Assembly: GCF_009914755.1 (NCBI RefSeq) | Contig: NC_060928.1 | Strand: one strand, 5' to 3' | DNA: 64,000 nucleotides | Source: the human T2T-CHM13v2.0 reference genome, Homo sapiens | Part shown: positions 54,301-64,000 of the stretch, in pieces | How the letters are laid out: the number at the start of each line of letters is the position of its first letter | Position numbering within the stretch: the stretch's first letter is position 1 | Position numbers and translations under genes: made by a program | Notes under the pieces: generated by a model | What the model saw: only the letters and a program-made list of their open reading frames with translations | Database searches by the model: none | Told to the model about the DNA's origin: nothing

Positions 54301-55598
54301 CTTTGAGTCCTATGGTGAAAAAGGAAATATCTTCTCATAAAAACCAGAAAGAAGCATTCTCAGAAACTTCTTTGTGTTGTGTGTACTCATGTAACAGTGT
54401 TGAACCATCCTTTTGACAGAGCAGTTTTGAAACACTCTTTTTGTAGAATCTGCAAGTGGATATTTGGATAGCTTTGAGGATTTCGTTGGAAACGGGATGA
54501 CATATAATATCTAGAGAGAAGCATTCTCAGGAACTTCTTTGTGATGTTTGCATTCAAGTCACAGAATTGAACATTCCCTTTCATAGAGCAGGTTTGAAAC
54601 ACTCTTTCTCTAGTATCTGGAAGTGGGCATTTCAAGCGCTTTCAGTCCTATGGAGAGAAAGGAAATACCTTCAAATAAAAACTAGACAGAAGCATTCTCA
54701 GAAACTTATTTGTGATGTGTGTCCTCAACTAACAGAGTTGAACCTTTGTTTTGATACAGCATTTTGGAAACACTCCTTTTGTAGAATCTGCAGGTGGATA
54801 TTTGGATAACTTTGAAGATTTCGTTGGAAACCGGAATATCTTCATATAAAATCAAGACAGAAGCATTCTCGGAAACATCTCTGTGATGTTTGCATTCAAC
54901 TCAGTAGAGTTGAACACTTCCTTTCATAGAGCCGGTTTGAAACACTCTTTCTGCACTACCTGGAAGCGGACATTTCGAGCGCTTTGAGGCCTATGGTGAA
55001 AAAGGAAATATCTTCTCATAAAAACCAGAAAGAAGCATTCTCAGAAACTTCTTTGTGTTGTGTGTACTCAAGTAACAGTGTTGAACCTTCCTTTTGACAC
55101 AGCAGTTTTGAAACACTCTTTTGGTAGAATCTGCAAGTGGATATTTGGATAGCTTTGAGGATTTCGTTGGAAACGGGTTATCTTCATATAAAATCCAGAC
55201 AGGAGCATTCTCAGAAACTTCTTTGTGCTGCATGTCCTCAATTCACAGAGCTGAACCTTGGTTTGGATACAGCATTTTGGAAACATTCCTTTAGTAGAAT
55301 CTGCAAGTTGATATTTAGATAGCTTTGAAGATTTCGTTGGAAACGGGAATATCTTCATAGAAAATCTAGACGGAAGCATTCTCAGAAACTGCTTTGTGAT
55401 GTTTGCATTCAAGTCACAGAGTTGAATATTCCCTTTTATAGAGTAGGTTTGAAACACTCTTTCGGCACTACCTGGAAGTGGATATTTCGAGCTCTTTGAG
55501 GCCTATGGTTAAAAGGAAATATCTTCCCATAAAAACTAGACAGAAGCCGTCTCAGAAACTTGTTTGTGATGTGTGTATTCAACTACCAGAGTTGAACA
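51350..55598 (+). repeat. HOR unit 15: 25-mer (4249 bp)
   Basis: Anchor ORF 51356 to 55605. Extra block ~52489-53505. Confidence 0.93.
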
Positions 55599-57806
55599 TT
55601 TCTGTTACAGAGCAATTTTAAAACACTCTTTTTGTGGAATCTGAAAGTGGATAATTGGATAGCTTTGTGGATTTCGTTGGAAACGGGATGACGTATAAAA
55701 TCTAGAGAGAAGCATTCTCAGGAACTTCTTTGTGATGTTTGCATTCAAGTCACAGAATTGAACATTCCTTTTCATAGTGCAGGTTTGAAACACTCTTTCT
55801 GTAGTATCTGGAAGTGGACATTTCAAGCGCTTTCAGGCCTACGGGGAGAAAGGAAATATCTTCAAATAAAAACTAGACAGAAGGATTCTCAGAAACTTAT
55901 TTGTGATGTGTGTCCTAAACGAACACAGTTGAACCTTTGTTTAGATACAGCATTTTGGAAACACTCCTTTTGTAGGATCTGCAGGTGGATATTTGGATAG
56001 ATTTTAAGATTTCGTTGGAAACGGGAGTTTCTTCATAGAAACTCAAGACAGATGCATTCTCAGAAACATCTCTGTGATGTTTGCATTCCACTCATAGAGT
56101 TGAAAACTTCCTTTCATAGAGCAGGTTTGAAACACTCTTTTTGTAATATTTGGAAGTGGACATTTGCAGCGCTTTGAGGCCTATGGTGAAAAAGGAAATA
56201 TCTTCTCATAAAAACCAGAAACAAGCATTCTCAGAAACTTCTTTTTGATGTGTGTACTCAAGTAACAGAGTTGAACCTTCCTTTTGACACAGCAGTTTTG
56301 AAACAATCTTTTTGTAGAATCTGCAAGTGGATATTTGGATAGCTTTGAGGATTTCGTTGGAAACGGGATATCTTCATATAAAATCTAGACAGAAGCATTC
56401 TCAGAAACTTCTTTGTGCTGTATGTCCTCAATTAACAGAGTTGAACCATTGCTTGGATACAGCATTTTGGAAACATTCCTTTAGTAGAATCTGCAAGTTG
56501 ATATTGAGATAGATTTGAAGATTTCGTTGGAAAAGGGAATATCTCCATAGAAAATCTAGAGGGAAGCATTCTCAGAAACTGCTTTGTGATGTTTCCATTC
56601 AAGTCACAGAGTTGAATATTCCCTTTTATAGAGCACGTTTGAAACACTCTTTCTGCACTATCTGGAAGTGGACATTTCGAGCGCTTTGAGGCCTATGGTG
56701 AAAAAGGAAATATCTTCCCATAAAAACTAGACAGAAGCATTCTCAGAAACTTGTTTGTGATGTGTGTATTCAACTAACAGAGTTGAACTTTTGTTTTTAC
56801 AGAGCCGTTTTAAAACACTCTTTTTGTGGAATCAGAAAGTGGATATTCGGATGGCTCTGAGGATTTCGTTGGAAGCGGGATTACGTATAAAATCTAGAGA
56901 GAAGCATTCTCAGGAACTTCTTTGTGATGTTTGCATTGAAGTCACAGAATTGAACATTCACTTTGATAGAGCAGGTTTGAAACACTCATTCTGTAGTATC
57001 TGGAAGTGGACATTTCAAGCGCTTTCAGGCCTATGGTGAAAAAGGAAATATCTTCGAATAAAAACTAGACAGAAGCATCCTCAGAAACTTATTTGTGATG
57101 TGTGTCCTCAACTAACAGAGTTGAAACTTTGTTTTGATACAGCATTTTGGAAACACTCCTTTTGTAGAATCTGCAGGTGGATATGTGGATAGCTCTGAAG
57201 ATTTCGTTGGAAACGGGAATTTCTTCATATAAAATCAAACAGAAGCATTCTCAGAAACTTCTCAGTGATGTTTGCATTCAGCTCATGGAGTTGAACACTT
57301 CCTTTCATAGAGCCGGTTTGAAACACTCTTTCTGCACTACCTGGAAGAGGCCATTTCGAGCGCTTTGAGTCCTATGGTGAAAAAGGAAATATCTTCTCAT
57401 AAAAACCAGAAAGAAGCATTCTCAGAAACTTCTTTGTGTTGTGTGTACTCATGTAACAGTGTTGAACCATCCTTTTGACAGAGCAGTTTTGAAACACTCT
57501 TTTTGTAGAATCTGCAAGTGGATATTTGGATAGCTTTGAGGATTTCGTTGGAAACGGGATGACATATAATATCTAGAGAGAAGCATTCTCAGGAACTTCT
57601 TTGTGCTGTTTGCATTCAAGTCACAGAATTGAACATTCCCTTTCATAGAGCAGATTTGAAACACTCTTTCTCTAGTATCTGGAAGTGGGCATTTCAAGCG
57701 CTTTCAGGCCTATTGAGAGAAAGGAAATACCTTCAAATAAAAACTAGACAGAAGAATTCTCAGAAACTTGTTTGTGATGTGTGTATTCAACTAACAGAGT
57801 TGAACA
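55599..57806 (+). repeat. HOR unit 16: 13-mer variant (2208 bp; monomers 1-9,10/11,12-14)
   Basis: Anchor ORF 55605 to 57813. The variant six-monomer block runs directly into monomer 1 (gttgaacatttctgttac at ~57799). Confidence 0.92.
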
Positions 57807-60800
57807 TTTCTGTTACAGAGCAATTTTAAAACACTCTTTTTGTGGAATCTGAAAGTGGATAATTGGATATCTTTGTGGATTTCGTTGGAAACGGGATGAC
57901 GTATAAAATCTAGAGAGAAGCATTCTCAGGAACTTCTTTCTGATGTTTGCATTCAAGTCACAGAATTGAACATTCCTTTTCATAGTGCAGGTTTGAAACA
58001 CTCTTTCTGTAGTATCTGGAAGTGGACATTTCAAGCGCTTTCAGGCCTACGGGGAGAAAGGAAATATCTTCAAATAAAAACTAGACAGAAGGATTCTCAG
58101 AAACTTATTTGTGATGTGTGTCCTAAACGAACACAGTTGAACCTTTGTTTTGATACAGCATTTTGGAAACACTCCTTTTGTAGGATCTGCAGGTGGATAT
58201 TTGGATAGATTTTAAGATTTCGTTGGAAACGGGAGTTTCTTCATAGAAACTCAAGACAGATGCATTCTCAGAAACATCTCTGTGATGTTTGCATTCCACT
58301 CATAGAGTTGAAAACTTCCTTTCATAGAGCAGGTTTGAAACACTCTTTTTGTAATATTTGGAAGTGGACATTTGCAGCGCTTTGAGGCCTATGGTGAAAA
58401 AGGAAATATCTTCTCATAAAAACCAGAAACAAGCATTCTCAGAAACTTCTTTTTGATGTGTGTACTCAAGTAACAGAGTTGAACCTTCCTTTTGACACAG
58501 CAGTTTTGAAACAATCTTTTTGTAGAATCTGCAAGTGGATATTTGGATAGCTTTGAGGATTTCGTTGGAAACGGGATATCTTCATATAAAATCTAGACAG
58601 AAGCATTCTCAGAAACTTCTTTGTGCTGTATGTCCTCAATTAACAGAGTTGAACCATTGCTTGGATACAGCATTTTGGAAACATTCCTTGAGTAGAATCT
58701 GCAAGTTGATATTGAGATAGATTTGAAGATTTCGTTGGAAAAGGGAATATCTCCATATAAAATCTAGACGGAAGCATTCTCAGAAACTGCTTTGTGATGT
58801 TTCCATTCAAGTCACAGAGTTGAATATTCCCTTTTATAGAGCACGTTTGAAACACTCTTTCTGCACTATCTGGAAGTGGACATTTCGAGCGCTTTGAGGC
58901 CTATGGTGAAAAAGGAAATATCTTCCCATAAAAATTAGACAGAAGCATTCTCAGAAACTTGTTTGTGATGTGTGTATTCAACTAACAGAGTTGAACTTTT
59001 GTTTTTACAGAGCCGTTTTAAAACACTCTTTTTGTGGAATCAGAAAGTGGATATTCGGATGGCTCTGAGGATTTCGTTGGAAGCGGGATTACATATAAAA
59101 TCTAGAGAGAAGCATTCTCAGGAACTTCTTTGTGATGTTTGCATTGAAGTCACAGAATTGAACATTCACTTTGATAGAGCAGGTTTGAAACACTCATTCT
59201 GTAGTATCTGGAAGTGGACATTTCAAGCGCTTTCAGGCCTATGGTGAGAAAGGAAATATCTTCGAATAAAAACTAGACAGAAGCATCCTCAGAAACTTAT
59301 TTGTGATGTGTGTCCTCAACTAACAGAGTTGAAACTTTGTTTTGATACAGCATTTTGGAAACACTCTTTTTGTAGAATCTGCAGGTGGATATTTGGATAG
59401 CTTAGAGGGATTCGTTGGAAAGGGGATATCTTCATATAAAATCTAGACAGAAGCATTCTCAGAAACTTATTTGTGATGTGTGTCCTCAACTAACAGAGTT
59501 GAACCTTGGTTTTGATACAGCATTTTGGAAACACTCCTTTTGTAGAATCTGCAGGTGGATATGTGGATAGCTCTGAAGATTTCGTTGGAAACGGGAATTT
59601 CTTCATATAAAATCAAACAGAAGCATTCTCAGAAACTTCTCAGTGATGTTTGCATTCAGCTCATGGAGTTGAACACTTCCTTTCATAGAGCCGGTTTGAA
59701 ACACTCTTTCTGCACTACCTGGAAGAGGACATTTCGAGCGCTTTGAGTCCTATGGTGAAAAAGGAAATATCTTCTCATAAAAACCAGAAAGAAGCATTCT
59801 CAGAAACTTCTTTGTGTTGTGTGTACTCATGTAACAGTGTTGAACCATCCTTTTGACAGAGCAGTTTTGAAACACTCTTTTTGTAGAATCTGCAAGTGGA
59901 TATTTGGATAGCTTTGAGGATTTCGTTGGAAACGGGATGACATATAATATCTAGAGAGAAGCATTCTCAGGAACTTCTTTGTGATGTTTGCATTCAAGTC
60001 ACAGAATTGAACATTCCCTTTCATAGAGCAGGTTTGAAACACTCTTTCTCTAGTATCTGGAAGTGGGCATTTCAAGCGCTTTCAGGCCTATGGAGAGAAA
60101 GGAAATACCTTCAAATAAAAACTAGACAGAAGCATTCTCAGAAACTTATTTGTGATGTGTGTCCTCAACTAACAGAGTTGAACCTTTGTTTTGATACAGC
60201 ATTTTGGAAACACTCCTTTTGTAGAATCTGCAGGTGGATATTTGGATAACTTTGAAGATTTCGTTGGAAACCGGAATATCTTCATATAAAATCAAGACAG
60301 AAGCATTCTCGGAAACATCTCTGTGATGTTTGCATTCAACTCAGTAGAGTTGAACACTTCCTTTCATAGAGCCGGTTTGAAACACTCTTTCTGCACTACC
60401 TGGAAGCGGACATTTCGAGCGCTTTGAGGCCTATGGTGAAAAAGGAAATATCTTCTCATAAAAACCAGAAAGAAGCATTCTCAGAAACTTCTTTGTGTTG
60501 TGTGTACTCAAGTAACAGTGTTGAACCTTCCTTTTGACACAGCAGTTTTGAAACACTCTTTTGGTAGAATCTGCAAGTGGATATTTGGATAGCTTTGAGG
60601 ATTTCGTTGGAAACGGGTTATCTTCATGTAAAATCCAGACAGGAGCATTCTCAGAAACTTCTTTGTGCTGCATGTCCTCAATTCACAGAGCTGAACCTTT
60701 GTTTGGATACAGCATTTTGGAAACATTCCTTTAGTAGAATCTGCAAGTTGATATTTAGATAGCTTTGAAGATTTCGTTGGAAACGGGAATATCTTCATAG

Positions 60801-61038
60801 AAAATCTAGACGGAAGCATTCTCAGAAACTGCTTTGTGATGTTTGCATTCAAGTCACAGAGTTGAATATTCCCTTTTATAGAGTAGGTTTGAAACACTCT
60901 TTCGGCACTACCTGGAAGTGGATATTTCGAGCTCTTTGAGGCCTATGGTTAAAAGGAAATATCTTCCCATAAAAACTAGACAGAAGCCGTCTCAGAAACT
61001 TGTTTGTGATGTGTGTATTCAACTAACAGAGTTGAACA
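57807..61038 (+). repeat. HOR unit 17: 19-mer (3232 bp)
   Basis: Anchor ORF 57813 to 61045. Confidence 0.95.
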
Positions 61039-64000
61039 TTTCTGTTACAGAGCAATTTTAAAACACTCTTTTTGTGGAATCTGAAAGTGGATAATTGGAT
61101 AGCTTTGTGGATTTCGTTGGAAACGGGATGACGTATAAAATCTAGAGAGAAGCATTCTCAGGAACTTCTTTCTGATGTTTGCATTCAAGTCACAGAATTG
61201 AACATTCCTTTTCATAGTGCAGGTTTGAAACACTCTTTCTGTAGTATCTGGAAGTGGACATTTCAAGCGCTTTCAGGCCTACGGGGAGAAAGGAAATATC
61301 TTCAAATAAAAACTAGACAGAAGGATTCTCAGAAACTTATTTGTGATGTGTGTCCTAAACGAACACAGTTGAACCTTTGTTTAGATACAGCATTTTGGAA
61401 ACACTCCTTTTGTAGGATCTGCAGGTGGATATTTGGATAGATTTTAAGATTTCGTTGGAAACGGGAGTTTCTTCATAGAAACTCAAGACAGATGCATTCT
61501 CAGAAACATCTCTGTGATGTTTGCATTCCACTCATAGAGTTGAAAACTTCCTTTCATAGAGCAGGTTTGAAACACTCTTTTTGTAATATTTGGAAGTGGA
61601 CATTTGCAGCGCTTTGAGGCCTATGGTGAAAAAGGAAATATCTTCTCATAAAAACCAGAAACAAGCATTCTCAGAAACTTCTTTTTGATGTGTGTACTCA
61701 AGTAACAGAGTTGAACCTTCCTTTTGACACAGCAGTTTTGAAACAATCTTTTTGTAGAATCTGCAAGTGGATATTTGGATAGCTTTGAGGATTTCGTTGG
61801 AAACGGGATATCTTCATATAAAATCTAGACAGAAGCATTCTCAGAAACTTCTTTGTGCTGTATGTCCTCAATTAACAGAGTTGAACCATTGCTTGGATAC
61901 AGCATTTTGGAAACATTCCTTTAGTAGAATCTGCAAGTTGATATTGAGATAGATTTGAAGATTTCGTTGGAAAAGGGAATATCTCCATATAAAATCTAGA
62001 CGGAAGCATTCTCAGAAACTGCTTTGTGATGTTTCCATTCAAGTCACAGAGTTGAATATTCCCTTTTATAGAGCACGTTTGAAACACTCTTTCTGCACTA
62101 TCTGGAAGTGGACATTTCGAGCGCTTTGAGGCCTATGGTGAAAAAGGAAATATCTTCCCATAAAAATTAGACAGAAGCATTCTCAGAAACTTGTTTGTGA
62201 TGTGTGTATTCAACTAACAGAGTTGAACTTTTGTTTTTACAGAGCCGTTTTAAAACACTCTTTTTGTGGAATCAGAAAGTGGATATTCGGATGGCTCTGA
62301 GGATTTCGTTGGAAGCGGGATTACATATAAAATCTAGAGAGAAGCATTCTCAGGAACTTCTTTGTGATGTTTGCATTGAAGTCACAGAATTGAACATTCA
62401 CTTTGATAGAGCAGGTTTGAAACACTCATTCTGTAGTATCTGGAAGTGGACATTTCAAGCGCTTTCAGGCCTATGGTGAAAAAGGAAATATCTTCGAATA
62501 AAAACTAGACAGAAGCATCCTCAGAAACTTATTTGTGATGTGTGTCCTCAACTAACAGAGTTGAAACTTTGTTTTGATACAGCATTTTGGAAACACTCCT
62601 TTTGTAGAATCTGCAGGTGGATATGTGGATAGCTCTGAAGATTTCGTTGGAAACGGGAATTTCTTCATATAAAATCAAACAGAAGCATTCTCAGAAACTT
62701 CTCAGTGATGTTTGCATTCAGGCCATGGAGTTGAACACTTCCTTTCATAGAGCCGGTTTGAAACACTCTTTCTGCACTACCTGGAAGAGGCCATTTCGAG
62801 CGCTTTGAGTCCTATGGTGAAAAAGGAAATATCTTCTCATAAAAACCAGAAAGAAGCATTCTCAGAAACTTCTTTGTGTTGTGTGTACTCATGTAACAGT
62901 GTTGAACCATCCTTTTGACAGAGCAGTTTTGAAACACTCTTTTTGTAGAATCTGCAAGTGGATATTTGGATAGCTTTGAGGATTTCGTTGGAAACGGGAT
63001 GACATATAATATCTAGAGAGAAGCATTCTCAGGAACTTCTTTGTGCTGTTTGCATTCAAGTCACAGAATTGAACATTCCCTTTCATAGAGCAGATTTGAA
63101 ACACTCTTTCTCTAGTATCTGGAAGTGGGCATTTCAAGCGCTTTCAGGCCTATTGAGAGAAAGGAAATACCTTCAAATAAAAACTAGACAGAAGCATTCT
63201 CAGAAACTTGTTTGTGATGTGTGTATTCAACTAACAGAGTTGAACTTTTGTTTTTACAGAGCCGTTTTAAAACACTCTTTTTGTGGAATCAGAAAGTGGA
63301 TATTCGGATGGCTCTGAGGATTTCGTTGGAAGCGGGATTACATATAAAATCTAGAGAGAAGCATTCTCAGGAACTTCTTTGTGATGTTTGCATTGAAGTC
63401 ACAGAATTGAACATTCACTTTGATAGAGCAGGTTTGAAACACTCATTCTGTAGTATCTGGAAGTGGACATTTCAAGCGCTTTCAGGCCTATGGTGAGAAA
63501 GGAAATATCTTCGAATAAAAACTAGACAGAAGCATCCTCAGAAACTTATTTGTGATGTGTGTCCTCAACTAACAGAGTTGAAACTTTGTTTTGATACAGC
63601 ATTTTGGAAACACTCTTTTTGTAGAATCTGCAGGTGGATATTTGGATAGCTTAGAGGGATTCGTTGGAAAGGGGATATCTTCATATAAAATCTAGACAGA
63701 AGCATTCTCAGAAACTTATTTGTGATGTGTGTCCTCAACTAACAGAGTTGAACCTTGGTTTCAATACAGCATTTTGGAAACACTCCTTTTGTAGAATCTG
63801 CAGGTGGATATGTGGATAGCTCTGAAGATTTTGTTGGAAACGGGAATTTCTTCATATAAAATCAAACAGAAGCATTCTCAGAAACTTCTCAGTGATGTTT
63901 GCATTCAGCTCATGGAGTTGAACACTTCCTTTCATAGAGCCGGTTTGAAACACTCTTTCTGCAGTACCTGGAAGAGGACATTTCGAGCGCTTTGAGTCCT
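61039..64000 (+). repeat. HOR unit 18: 25-mer-type, truncated by window end
   Basis: The monomer-8 ORF occurs at 62204 and 63221 (1017 bp apart). Extra block ~62178-63194. Confidence 0.88.

Larger units (their letters stand above)
1..64000 (+). repeat. Centromeric alpha-satellite higher-order repeat array (active-type, CENP-B-box-rich)
   Basis: The motif CATTCTCAGAAACT recurs every ~167-171 bp (~115, 287, 458, 629, 799, 970, 1140, 1307...). Monomers carry either TTCGTTGGAAACGGGA (B-type) or GGTGAAAAAGGAAATA-like (A-type/pJalpha) sites. Identical ORF translations recur at 3232/4249 bp. One orientation throughout. Confidence 0.99.
1..64000 (+). repeat. D4Z1: Probable human chromosome 4 live HOR family D4Z1 (S2C4H1L, suprachromosomal family 2)
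   Basis: The 19-monomer, ~3.2-kb unit and the mostly dimeric A/B alternation match my recollection of D4Z1. Not verified by alignment. Confidence 0.8.

Noticed and set aside
63761-63765. Dinucleotide change tg>ca (ggttttcaatac) with nearby SNVs at 63832 and 63964
   Set aside because: It is a single occurrence at the window edge and cannot be evaluated without downstream sequence or reads.
7-63995. Numerous 60-130 aa ORFs on both strands
   Set aside because: They recur with HOR periodicity, mostly start at GTG/TTG, overlap on both strands and resemble no protein family I recognise. They are chance open frames in satellite DNA.
1-64000. CRISPR-like repeat/spacer reading of the recurring conserved motifs
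   Set aside because: The intervening sequences are themselves homologous repeats, not unique spacers, and there are no cas genes.
1-64000. Transposon insertion (L1/Alu), other satellite island or inversion
   Set aside because: All anchor spacings are explained by whole-monomer multiples, the CENP-B boxes seen are all on the + strand, and I saw no poly-A tails or foreign sequence.
1-64000. A strict periodic code in the 19/25/13 unit order
   Set aside because: The order is not periodic across the window. Local duplications (7481 and 4249 bp) explain the partial regularity.

Overview
The whole 64 kb window is one uninterrupted, head-to-tail array of primate (human-type) centromeric alpha satellite. 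It consists of ~170-bp monomers with CENP-B boxes, arranged as a highly homogeneous higher-order repeat (HOR). The base unit is a 19-mer of 3232 bp, and this size best fits the chromosome 4 D4Z1 (S2C4H1L) array; that assignment is from recall and was not checked by alignment. The array mixes three unit structures: 19-mers (3232 bp, one of 3231 bp), 25-mers (4249 bp, carrying an extra 1017-bp six-monomer block with a hybrid monomer) and a single 13-mer (2208 bp). Unit order is 19,25,19,19,19,19,25,19,25,25,25,25,19,19,25,13,19,(25 partial). Shared SNVs point to 7481-bp and 4249-bp local duplications and to conversion-like patches. I found no genes, RNA genes, transposons, inversions or CRISPR arrays, and every ORF in the track is a repeat artefact. 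I see no support for a new gene system; the interest lies in HOR structural evolution. Monomer numbers are my own (monomer 1 starts about 50 bp before each listed unit start; monomer 8 starts at ~1140). SNVs were read by eye and the lists may be incomplete.
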